A stretch of 64,000 nt of DNA from NCBI RefSeq assembly GCF_006345805.1, contig NC_042997.1, positions 107,818,001 to 107,882,000 on the forward strand, read 5' to 3'. The stretch comes from Octopus sinensis. Taxonomy: Eukaryota. Below, piece after piece: positions 1 through 11,111 of the stretch (positions are counted from its first letter, which is position 1; each line of letters opens with the position of its first letter). A program made the position numbers and the translations under genes. The notes beneath the pieces were generated by a model. The model saw only the letters and a list, made by a program, of their open reading frames with translations. It was not told the DNA's origin and did no database searches.

Positions 1-205
1 AATTTTGGTACAAGGAGGAGGAGGGGGAGGCAGTAAATCGATTACATCGACCCCCAGTGTTCAAATGGTACTTATTTTATCGAATGAAAAGGATGAAAGG
101 CAAAGTCAATCTTGGTGAAATTTGAACTCAGATCATGAAGACGGACGAAATGCCGCTAAGCCTTTTGTCCGGCGTGCTAACGGTTCTGCCAGCTCGTTAC
201 CAGCT
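1..205 (-). mobile_element. tRNA-derived SINE (GGCGAGCTGGCAGAA-head family)
   Basis: Same body as many other copies in the window (ggtacttattttatcg...aaaggatgaaaggcaaagtc...gaatttgaactcag). Head cgagctggcagaa on the minus strand at about 196. Confidence 0.85.
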
Positions 206-900
206 TGTCAAAGAAGGTAACGTAAAACAGGGAGGGATTCGAACTAAGAAACGCTGGACATCAATAACGACCTCTGTTTGTTGGAGCAAGCAGGTTTTGT
301 ATCCCCTCCATTCAGCCAACCCTTCTTATTTGGTCCATTTCTCTTTCCAAAACTCGTCGCATTTTTGTGTCCAGCCATCACACCTCACCTTTACCAGTTG
401 GCACAATCCTTCTTCTTCAGAATGTTCACCCACTAGAATTTTCTTCCATCACCTCCATCTCATCTTTGCAGGTTTTGTCTTGCATCAGTTTTAAACAGTC
501 AAGTGCACTGGCCTTTGAAGACTTGCAAAGGCTTCGGGCTGTGTACCTTCTTCTACACTCAACAAATGAGAACAGAACGAATGGTAGTGGCGGGGGGAGG
601 AGAGAGTTGTGCTGAGGCTGAACCAGTGAACATGTCCGAGTTCTTATTAAATAAACATTTCTTTTAACCTGGAATAAATCCTTGGCATTGGTTCGGGGCC
701 ACCAACTTGTACAACCGACTGCAGTACATGACTGATGCACGCTTGCAGCTGGGAGAACGTTTGCAAAAGTCATCTTTCTAGAGGAACAACACCGCTGCAG
801 AGTCAACAGTTGGAACCGGTGACGCGAAGAGCATCGGGTCATTGAACATCGGCTTCAACAAGTTCCGCTGGACCCATGCAACCATGCAAAAAATTGATGT
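206..900 (-). mobile_element. Decayed L1/Tx1-like ORF2 C-terminal fragment
   Basis: Interrupted minus-strand frame WKKILVGEHSEEEGLCQLVKVRC...EFWKEKW*..LAEW resembles the Tx1-clade ORF2 C-terminus. Contains stops and frameshifts. Confidence 0.5.
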
Positions 901-1039
901 TAAAACGTGATGATTACACGCACACACACACACACGCACACACACACACATACACACACACACACACTCTATATGTATGTATGTATATATATATAGTTTT
1001 CTTCTGAATTTGTGTAAGTGTGTATAGAATAATATATCA

Positions 1040-1233
1040 GTTGAATAAAGTTAAAACATGGTTTGGTTTTCATGTTTTTTATTATTGTATTTAGAAAAAA
1101 AAATTCTACAATGTTGAACTTTATGAACATTACAGGGTATTTTTTAATGTTTAATTCACTTCAACGTTGTAAAAAATTTCTTTAAAATATATAACAAACG
1201 TGAAAACCAGACCATGTTTTAACTTTATTCAAC
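1040..1233. mobile_element. Palindromic MITE-like element
   Basis: About 42-bp terminal inverted repeats (gttgaataaagttaaaacatggt[t/c]tggttttca) with 3 mismatches, plus an inner inverted pair tacaatgttgaa/ttcaacgttgta. Flanked by atatat. Confidence 0.65.
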
Positions 1234-1256
1234 ATATATGTATGTATGTACAAACA

Positions 1257-1340
<84 letters not shown>

Positions 1341-1379
1341 CATGCACACACATACGCACATATGTATTCTTTTCTGCTC

Positions 1380-1923
1380 TAGGCACAAGGCGCGAAATTT
1401 TGGGGGAGGGAGCCAGTCGATTAGATCGACCCCAGTACGCAACTGGTACTTAATTTATCGACACCGGAAGGCTGAAAGGCAAAGTCGACCTTGGCGGAAT
1501 TTGAACTCAGAACGTAAATACCTATTTCTTTACTACCCACAAGGGGCTAAACATAGAGGAGACAAACAAGGACAGACAGACGGATTACATCGACCCCAGT
1601 GCGTAACTGGTACTTATTTAATCGACCCCGAAAGGATGAAAGGCAAAGTTGACCTCGGCGGAATTTGAACTCAGAACGTAGAGGCAGACGAAATTCCTAT
1701 TTCTTTACTGCCCACAAGGGGCTAAACATAGAGGGGACAAACTAGTACAGACAAAGGGATTAAGTCGATTACATCGACCCCAGTGCGTAACTGGTACTTA
1801 ATATATCGACCCCGAAAGAATGAAAGGCAAAGTCAACCTCGGCGGAATTTGAACTCAGAACGTAATGGCAGACGAAATACCGCTAAGTATTTCGCCTGGC
1901 GTGCTAACGTTTCTGCCGGCTCG
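1380..1923 (-). mobile_element. Stack of three nested copies of the same SINE
   Basis: Three successive SINE bodies. The tail ...aataaagaaata of one copy abuts internal head sequence of the next at 1522/1523 and 1697/1698. Confidence 0.85.
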
Positions 1924-3722
1924 ATTTCTTTTATTTAGGCACATGGCCTTTATAAAGAGGGGACACCACAAGGGCAGACAAAACAAGACATTGAGGATAC
2001 ATATAAAATACATCTCGAATGGACTATGACTATGATTAAAAAATGAAGATGAAATGGCTTACTGTCCCCCCTCTCCCCAAAGCAAGCAGTTTCATTTTAC
2101 GGTTCTTTCAAATTACAGTTTACTTTACAGTCATGTATCTTTTTTTGTTCGTTTTTAAACACACAATTACAACAAATATTGCATAAGATCGTCGAAAATT
2201 ACAACAGGCGGCAACTCGCCTAAACTGAAGTGGTGATATTACAACTCTTTTTTTTTCCCCAAACAGTTCTACTAATCTCTCCCCTCTTTCTCTCTCCAAT
2301 ATATTTCTTTATTTACCTATAAAAAGGTTTACATAGAGCTTTCTCTCCCCAGTAGCGCGTCCTTCTTACCTTCATGGTTTGCCAATTTCACTCTGATTAC
2401 GCTTTTTATCTTAGTTAATCCGTTTTCGATTTCAACACTTTTTTCTTATTCTACGAGGTTTCGTAAATTTCTCCCTGTAGGTATCTTTCTCTGATATCTT
2501 TCACCACTCTCTTCGTCCGACACAATTTTCTCTGTCTCAAATTCGCTGACTCTTTCGTTTTCATTCTCCTGCCGTGCGCCTTCTGGTCGAAGGCAACGGT
2601 TCCTGAGTTCGCATTTCACTTGATTTTTCATTTTTCATTTGATTTTCTATTTTTCTTCTTTTCTTTCTTGTTCTCTTCCTCATTTGTTTTCTTTCTTTTT
2701 TTCCTCCATGGGGCTTTTAGGTGGTGATTCTAAATTCTGTTTTCTTTTCACCACCGCAAATTGCTCGTCCATTTTCTCTTCTGCTACAGCTGTACTCTCT
2801 TCTTGAATTTCTGTTTATATTATTTCCTCCTCGTGTTTCTGGGGACACTTGGCCTTCATGTGTCCCCTTTCTCTACATGCAAAACATATTGGAGGTCTGC
2901 CCTCCACAAAAATCCTTAATCTGGTCTCGTCTGGCAACGCCAGCTCTTCCACAATCTTATGGAGATCTGGCAGGCTTATATGGACTATTACTTCTAGCCC
3001 ATATCCCCAGCAGTTCACCTCCGTAGTCTTTGACATTTTTAAAACCCCTGCTCCTTCCTTTGTATGATAGAGGATGGCTTCCACCAGCCACGCCTCGTCA
3101 ACTTCAGGGGGCACTCTACCTATTCTTACTCTGGCCGCACGTTTGCCACAGTAAGAAGGTAGTAGTGCCTACTCTGCTGATTTCAAGGCTACAGTGGAGT
3201 ACTTCTTTGCTTCATTTTCGTTTACGAAGCACACCTCCATCGTGCCGAACTTCCGTCCTCTGGTGAAGAATGTAGTCGATTCTTTCACCTCTTTCAAACA
3301 TTCCTCTACCGCTTCTACAGCTGCTATCCCTACTTTCTTCGACGCTATGTTTAGCGTTCTATAGATGATAGTTCTGTTTTCCGTATTCTCAATAACTCCC
3401 TTGGGAGGCGTCAGTCTGAGACTGTCTCCCTCTTTCTCAACAAGCTGTTGTATTTCTTGAAGTCCTTGTCTTTGACTTCTATTTCACAGACCTGCAGTAG
3501 ATCCACTGACAGGCTTTTGCCTGTTTGCACTTATGCCTGTTTGCACTTTTGCCTGTTTGCACTCCATAATAATGTCACAACTTCGCCCTTAAATGGGGAA
3601 GACAAATAAAAATTCCAACAAATTCAAGTAACAACAATAATTCAACAATTCATGAAATAACAGGTTTGCAATAACAGGACTCACATGGAGCGCACACACT
3701 TTCTACTCAAAAAACAACGTCA
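1924..3722 (-). mobile_element. Tx1/L1-like ORF1-only (HAL1-like) non-autonomous element
   Basis: ORF 2815-3114 ends in EGRPPICFACRERGHMKAKC, a CCHC gag-like knuckle typical of Tx1/L1 ORF1. No RT or EN sequence lies between it and the 3' end ...gtcccctctttataaaggccatgtgcctaaataaaagaaat. Confidence 0.7.
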
Positions 3723-3726
3723 AACG

Positions 3727-3947
3727 TTTCTTATTTCTTTATTGCCCACTAGGGGACAAACAAGGACAGACAAAGGGATTAAGTCGATTACATCGACCCC
3801 AGTGCGTAACTGGTACTTAATTTATCGACCCCCGAAAGGATGAAAGGCAAAGTCGACATCGGCGGAATTTGAACTCAGAACGTAACGGCAGACGAAATAC
3901 GGCTACGTATTTCGCCCGGCGTGCTAATGATTCTTCCAGCTCGCTGC
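3727..3947 (-). mobile_element. SINE with Tx1-like tail
   Basis: Full head ggcagcgagctggaagaatc through tail gtgggcaataaagaaata. Confidence 0.85.
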
Positions 3948-4412
3948 CTTATATGCACATATGTATTGTTGGGGCAATGTGAACAATTGTGTAATGGGTG
4001 AAGTACTGACGGAACCACTAATTTATAGGGGAGGATGGATAAAGAGTAAATCGACTCGTCTGTTCCTCTGTCAGCTAATTCTATCAACTTCGCAATCAGC
4101 TGACCCCAAAATGTTTGGTTGTAAAAGATGGAGACCAGGAATTAGATAGGCGGTATCTACATGTTGTAGGGTCAATTTTCTGAGTGAAAGCTGTACAGTT
4201 AGTTGAATTGGGTTAATGTGTTCCAGTAGGGGTTTTATCGGACGAAAAGGAATAGAAAATTACGTTTTTCAACTCTGGAAGTAGTGAGTTGAAACTAAAA
4301 TCTTTGATTTATTAATTCCAGCACACATTAAGGACGGTTCACTCACTTGTGATGTTTTAAGGAAGGGAAGCGACTAAATGGCCGCTAAACTCAAAGAAAC
4401 TGTTTTACTTAC

Positions 4413-4536
4413 CTTGTTGTATGTCATAATTGTGTGTATAGGATCGCAGTCAGCGTAATTAGCATAAATGATGAGCCCCGTGACACATAATAAGGTCAAT
4501 ATTAATAAGGACACTGGCATAGCAATATAGACAGAG
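4413..4536 (-). CDS. SLC5A8-like: SLC5 symporter exon (CDP exon)
   Basis: 124-nt exon, ttccag|C TCT GTC ... AAC AAG|gtaagt. Encodes SVYIAMPVSLLILTLLCVTGLIIYANYADCDPIHTIMTYNK, matching the family GLxxYAxYxxCDP motif. Confidence 0.92.
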
Positions 4537-4732
4537 CTGGAAGAGAAGCAAAGATTTATTAATAAACAAAACAGATTCATCACATCAATGTTTGCTTTTT
4601 ATGTTCAGTTATAATAAAAATACATTTTGCATTCATTTGATGGCTTCCTCTCTACATTTGCTGAGTACAAGTTTATCACTTTCAAACAAGAATATTATTG
4701 ATAGTGACTTCGAAATTTCGGCCAGCTTGTCA

Positions 4733-4894
4733 GGAGGCGTGGCTGTGTGATAAGCTTGCTTCCCAACCACATGGTTCCATGTTCAGTCCCTTTGCGTGGC
4801 ACATTGGGCTATAGCCTCTTCTTCTTTTATAGCCACGGGCAAACCAAACCCTTGTGAGTGGATTTGTGAGACAGAAACTGAAAGAAGCTCGTTA

Positions 4895-4933
<39 letters not shown>

Positions 4934-4940
4934 TATATAT

Positions 4941-4997
<57 letters not shown>

Positions 4998-5165
4998 ATT
5001 TTTAAAGAGGACAACAGTTATATATCCACTGCATCGGAAATCTGCAATGGCTCCATAACTCCGTCTTGGAACCCTAGTAATCTGTTACAGAACTTACATA
5101 GCGTACCGAATCGTTTAGATCATCTGTGAACTAAACCCCCCATACTTTGTGTGTGTGTGTGTGTA

Positions 5166-5198
<33 letters not shown>

Positions 5199-5556
5199 AT
5201 GTATGTGTGTATATAAGGTAAAGACCCCCTTCGGTCATGAATGACCATGGGATTGCACCTAGAAAGTTACCCTCCTAGACACAAGTCCGGGCAAGGTTGT
5301 TTATGGAAGACCAGCAGTCGCCCATGCATACCAGCCTCCCCTCTCCACACCACCAGTGTTATCCAAGGGAAAGACAAAGGTCGATACAGCTTGGCACCAG
5401 TGACGTCGCAACTCATTTCTACAACTGAGTGAACTGGAGCAACGTGAAATAAAGTGCCTTGCTCAAGAACACAACACGCAGCCCGGTCCGGGATTCGAGC
5501 TCACAACCTCACGATCGTAAGCTCGACGCTCTAACCACTGAGCCATGCGCCTTCAC

Positions 5557-5607
<51 letters not shown>

Positions 5608-5795
5608 TGTGTCTTTGTGTCTACTTGTCTCCCTACAACCATTTGGCAGCCAGTGTTGATGTGTTTATGTACTCGTAACTTAGTGGTTCAGCATAAAAGA
5701 CCGATAGAATAAGTATCAGGCTAAAAAAAAGTAGTGAGGTCGATTCGTTCAACTGAAAATTCTTTAAGGTGGTGCCCCAGCATGGCCGCAGTCTA
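4733..5795 (+). mobile_element. tRNA/CORE-like SINE split by insertions in its internal microsatellite
   Basis: Head aggaggcgtggctgtgtg...gaaactgaaagaagctcg (4733-4895) and tail ...ggtgccccagcatggccgcagtc (5603-5795), separated by (TA)n carrying other elements. Confidence 0.75.
5217..5556 (-). mobile_element. tRNA-derived SINE (second family, possibly Meta-domain type)
   Basis: Minus-strand head gtgaaggcgcatggctcagtggttagagcgtcgagcttacgatcgtgaggttgtgagctcgaatccc has A- and B-box-like motifs. It is not a tRNA gene because there is no acceptor stem and a long body follows. Confidence 0.8.
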
Positions 5796-5848
5796 TAACA
5801 ATTTCGGCGCCTAAGTTTTACTTGTAAGCTTTTTTCTCCTCTCTCTGC

Positions 5849-5952
<104 letters not shown>

Positions 5953-5954
5953 AT

Positions 5955-8900
5955 ATGATTTAATCTAGTTTCTATTTTCACCTCATGAGCTGTGGCCATG
6001 TCGGGGCACCGCCATTTGGTGTTGTTACATAATTTACTTCCCCAATTCTTTTTAGAAATTGATATTTGGTGCATGAGGGAGTTTCATTCCACTGCCCTCA
6101 TCTGCATTTCCTGCTGTGAAGTTGGTTCATCTGGGACACTTGACAGTAAGAGGTCCAGTTTCGTTTTGGAAACACCTACATCCACCCCATGTAGGTCCCT
6201 CACGTCTTTCGGGAGGATACTGAAGGGCTGTTATCCCCTAAATCCCAGGCTGTTGCAATATCTTGTCCTATATCTTGATAGTAAATCTGGAGTCCTTGGC
6301 ACTATGCAGTGACGCCCTGTTCTAGCATTAGTGTAACTCTCGATGCCAAAGTTTGGGACAAGTCGATCTAGTATCTATCAGATGTATATTATGGGATATC
6401 TTTCTCGCTTACCCACTAAGGAATAGCGTCTTAATCTCTTTCCCAGTAGCTTATATGTTGCATAGAGGCTATCTTCCTGTAGCTTCGTTGGATTGCCTCA
6501 AGTTCTGCAATTAATTCTACACTGGTTGGTGACCATAGATGGGGCAATGGTCAAAGTGGCTTAGGACAAGTGTCCCCTAGAGGACTATCATGGTTTCCTG
6601 GTCTCTTGTTCTAAAAGCTCTAAGAATCCTTCCGGTCAGCCGCCTACATTTCATTGCCAATTTAGCAACATGCACATGAAAGGTTGCATCATTACTCATG
6701 TAAATACCCAGGTCTCGCACTGACTGTGCCTCTGGGATTGCAGCCCCTCCAGTTTCAGTGTATTTAATGGGTTTTGCATTTAGTTTTGCATGCCGATAGC
6801 ACAAGGCTTGAAACTTTTCAGCATTAAGCTGCATGCTATTCTTTTCAGCCCACTTGTATATTTTGTCCAGCTCACATTGCAGGTGCATAGTGTCTTCAGG
6901 GTTCTGTATCACCTGTGAGACTTTTGGATCATCTGCATAACTTGTGACCGTGGCTCTCTGTGGCTGAGGGCATATCTGAGAGGCCCATTATGAACAGTAG
7001 TGGTCCCAAAACAGTGCCTTGCGGATCATCGCTCACTATTTGCGTGTCATTGGAGGTGGCCCCATTGGCTACTACCACCTGACTTCTATCCTTCAGAAAG
7101 TGATGCAGCCATTCTCCCAATTTTCCAACTATGCCAAGTTCACACAGTTTGTGACATATCATTCCATGATCGACTTTATCAAAGGCCTTTGCAAAGTTGA
7201 GATATATGACTTCTACATTTGAGTGGTTGAGCAGTTGTTTCAGCACCCAGTCATAGTGTTGTAAGAGCTGAGTCAGGCAGCTTCTTTCTGGTCGGAAACC
7301 ATGTTGGGTGTCAGTCAGCAAGTAATTTTCTTCAAGGAAGGTGATTAGTTTTCAATGACTATTCGTTCCATGACCTTGCTGATGTGTGAGGTCAGAGAGA
7401 TAGGTCTGTAGTTCTTGGCCTCCGCTCTGCTACCTCCTTTATGAATAGGGCATATTTTACCCTCCTTCAGTTTTCTTGGAAGTTTGCCAGTTGCAAGGAA
7501 GCTCTGAAAGAGGGATTGCAATGGTCTTGCTAGGACTTAGTTACATGCTTTTAGAAGGATTGCTGGGAATCCATCAGGGCTAGTAGCTGAGTTCGGGTTC
7601 ATTTAATCTATAGCCCTTATTACATCGTCTTCCTTTATATTGATGTAATCAATCATCGTTGCCTCTGATTTTATATCTGCAACGTTAAAAAAGGCAGCTG
7701 GCTTGCTGACTTGCAAGTAAGTGTCCTAGGGGTGGAGTGAAAACACTTTTGAATTGCTCATTTCGTATTTCACTTTACCTCATTAGGTTTCCTGTGAGTG
7801 AACCATCTTTTTCGAGGAGTGCACTGAGGCTGTTTCTTTTACAAACTTGTAGAAGGCTCTGGGGTTAGACTTTATATTGTCTATAGCCAAGGTTTCTTTG
7901 TCTGCTCTTTCTTTTTCATGGGAAAGTTGCAGATTTTTTTCAATCGCTTGTAGTTGTATTTTCAGGCTGGATTTTTCGCTGCATTCAATTTGTATATTTA
8001 GGCGATTTGACATTTTTTTACGCCGTCTCATAAGAATTTTCCTCTCCCTGAGGATTTTTTCTTGTGTAAAGTAGCCTTTCTCTCCGGGACACATTTGTAG
8101 CATATGGCTTGTATTACAGACACGAATTGTTGAAGTTTCATGTCGATGTCCAGTGAGGAGGGACATTTAGGCCAGTTTTGTTTGAAGATCTCTTTCTCAA
8201 TTTGTTTCCAGTTTGCCTTATGGAAGTTCAAGATTTTGACAGTTTCTTGTAAGCTGCATGTTCATGTTTTCCTTTGGCCCGTACATGGTCAGCTCTACTA
8301 TGTTGTGATCTGAGAGTAGCGTCAGTGTCACTTTCACATTATGGATGAGATGCATATCATTTGTGAAGCAGAGATCCAGTATACTACCTGCCTTGGTTGG
8401 TTGGAGTACTATTTGTTCCACGTACAAAGTGTTGATGAGGTTTAGGAGGGACCTCATCTGTCTTTGTTCGTATCGCGACATTTCTGGGAGAGAAAGGTCC
8501 TCACGTCATCCGACATTGCGCAGATTGAAATCTCCCATAAGAAGTACATTATGTGTTGTTCTAATGTGACTAGAACTTCTGTTTTTATAAGGCAGTCTTC
8601 AGACTTGTCTGCATGATTCGGAGCATGGGGAGGGCGATGTGTAGCACATATAACTACATGGAGTTGTCTTAGATGTACAATTAGTGTGTCACATACTGAA
8701 TTTGAGTGTGACAAAAGGACCTGGGGTGTGAGGTCTTCGCGGATATACATAGCAACTCCACCATGACTCCTTTCTTTCCTGTCGGTCCGTAATACAACAT
8801 ACTGTGGTATGTGTATTTCTGCATTTGCTATACCTGGTTTCATGTGTGTTTCCGCAAGTGCTATGCATAAGGCTTGATTGCATGCAACAAGGTCTCTCAG

Positions 8901-9000
8901 GAAAGAAATTTTTGCCCTATTACTAACTGTTAACAGTCCTCTGGTGTTCAATAAGAGCACCGATGTGATGTATGTATTGCTGCCAGTGGTAAGTGATAGT
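5955..9000 (-). mobile_element. CR1/L2-group LINE, near full ORF2 (APE endonuclease + RT), degenerate
   Basis: EN motifs LLLNTRGL, ALAETH, DRKERSHGGVAMYIRE; RT motifs QHGFRPERSCLTQLL, YLNFAKAFDKVDH, PQGTVLGPLLF; C-terminus VPDEPT. Several frameshifts. Lies inside the 5150-bp SLC5 intron in the same orientation as the gene. Confidence 0.92.
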
Positions 9001-9299
9001 TTAAAGAAAACAGAGAATATACATAAAATAACCATTTTTTTTATCATAGTTCAGTCAATTAATTAGTTCTTACATTTTTTCGTCTACGTTACGTTTCGGT
9101 CAATTGCTATTGTCCATATTTGCACGTTAAAGTGAATTATGATGTTATAAAACAATGGCCTCTTCTGGGCATATTGACTGCTATTTTTTTTCACTTCTCT
9201 CGAATGGAGAATTCATTCCTACAGAATGGTAAGCTTTTAGTTCATTTGTTTAAGTGTGTGTTGGATGTTGTTCTAAAGGTAGTTTAAAACTGACATTTT

Positions 9300-9342
<43 letters not shown>

Positions 9343-9555
9343 TATATATATATATATATATATATAATATAAAAAGAGTGAAAAAACTACAGAAGGCTTG
9401 TGTTATATGTTAAAGAGTATTTTAAGTCGTTATGTTAGAAAAATGTTATAAAATTTTGTGTATAGTAACATAGTTTTTGGAGAAATAACAGGTTTCGTAT
9501 TTTCTTTTCAAATTTCTCAGATTTCTTTACCTACATCGTGCCATGTCTTCTTCGC

Positions 9556-9602
<47 letters not shown>

Positions 9603-9686
9603 ATACTTGTGTGTGTGTGTGCATATGCGTATCTACACCAGTATAGTTTAAAGTGGTGTTATTTGTAAAATAACTGAATTACTTAC

Positions 9687-9827
9687 GCAATTGCTGCCTT
9701 TTTAGTTGGGAGAGACACAAATCTCTGAATAATCATTTGTTGGAAAGAAAATGAAGCCATTCCTGAAAATGTTGATCCGACAACACAACTCCAGAAAGAA
9801 TAGAGAAGACGTGGGTCTGGATCGAAA
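9687..9827 (-). CDS. SLC5A8-like: SLC5 symporter exon (FDPDP...QR exon)
   Basis: 141-nt exon, tttttcag|T TTC GAT CCA ... ATT GC|gtaagt. Encodes FDPDPRLLYSFWSCVVGSTFSGMASFSFQQMIIQRFVSLPTKKAAI(A). Phases are compatible with both neighbouring exons (GA|T, GC|C). Confidence 0.93.
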
Positions 9828-9923
9828 CTGAAAAATAACATTTAAACAATGTACGTAACTGCATACTTATTATATATATATGCATATATATATTATTACA
9901 TACGCACATATATTTATATATAA

Positions 9924-10035
<112 letters not shown>

Positions 10036-10108
10036 ATCTGTCTGTCTGTCTGTCTGTCTGTCTGTTTATCTGTTTCTCTGTCTGTTTGACTATCTCTTTC
10101 TCTTTCTT

Positions 10109-10144
<36 letters not shown>

Positions 10145-10342
10145 TTCTCTCCCCCCGCCCCACACATGAATGCACATAACCGATATTCAGAAATAACAGA
10201 CTTGATTACAATCGACATGCAGTTGAGGATATACAAATGATCAAAAAATATATAATGGAAAGATGTTTAACAGTGTATGTGTGTGTGTGTGTGTGAGTAT
10301 TAAAAATGTATTCTGCAAGGCTGAAGTAAATAGTGGAACTTG

Positions 10343-10382
<40 letters not shown>

Positions 10383-10389
<7 letters not shown>

Positions 10390-11020
10390 TGTTAAAGAGG
10401 ACAAGAAACGTTAAGGCAAGGCAAACATCTCAAGTCATAGACATTACTATTATTGTAAAAACAGTTGTTTCTGGGATATCTCAGAGTATGGGATATTCCG
10501 TCATCGGAGACAAATAGGGAAAATGAGAAGGGTATAGATTAATGAAATGATGACATACAGGACAGGAGTAAAGGAATAAGGAGACGAAGAAAGAGAAGAA
10601 AAATGAAACATAAAAGTTCGCAGTTCAGCATTTAGAATATAAATAAGGACAAGTCCTTAGGTGCGATTCTGCGTAAATACATGTGAGTTAAAGTCCTGAT
10701 ATTGTTAACAACCAGAAAAAAGACGGGAACATTTTCCCTATTTGTCTTCGATGACGGAATATCCCATACTCTGGGATATCCCAGAAACAGCTGTAAGACT
10801 TAGAATATTTTTCCAATAATAATAATAATGCATATGACTTGAGATGTTTGCATTGCCTTAAGGTTTGTTGTCCTCTTTGACATTTATATATCCGCTATAC
10901 CGGAAATCTGCAATGGCTCCATAACTACCGTCTTGGCTACAACCTTGGAGCCCTGGCAATCCGTTACAGCATTTACCTAGCGTACCTAATCGTTTAGATC
11001 ACCTATGAACTAAAACCCTA
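10383..11020. mobile_element. Fold-back unit with hammerhead-like motifs (probably Penelope-derived), within (TA)n
   Basis: Inverted arms at 10394-10525 and 10730-10878, followed by a segment (10885-11015) that also occurs at about 5020-5135. Confidence 0.6.
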
Positions 11021-11074
11021 AATTTTATACATACATACATACATACATAACATATATATATATATATATAATAT

Positions 11075-11111
<37 letters not shown>

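Noticed and set aside
4100-4150. IPGL motif as a candidate next downstream SLC5 exon
   Set aside because: Surrounding residues and splice sites do not fit, so the next exon is probably outside the window.
5440-5556. tRNA-like sequence (also 52400-52482 and 62190-62262)
   Set aside because: These are SINE heads: no complete cloverleaf or acceptor stem, and each is continuous with a SINE body.
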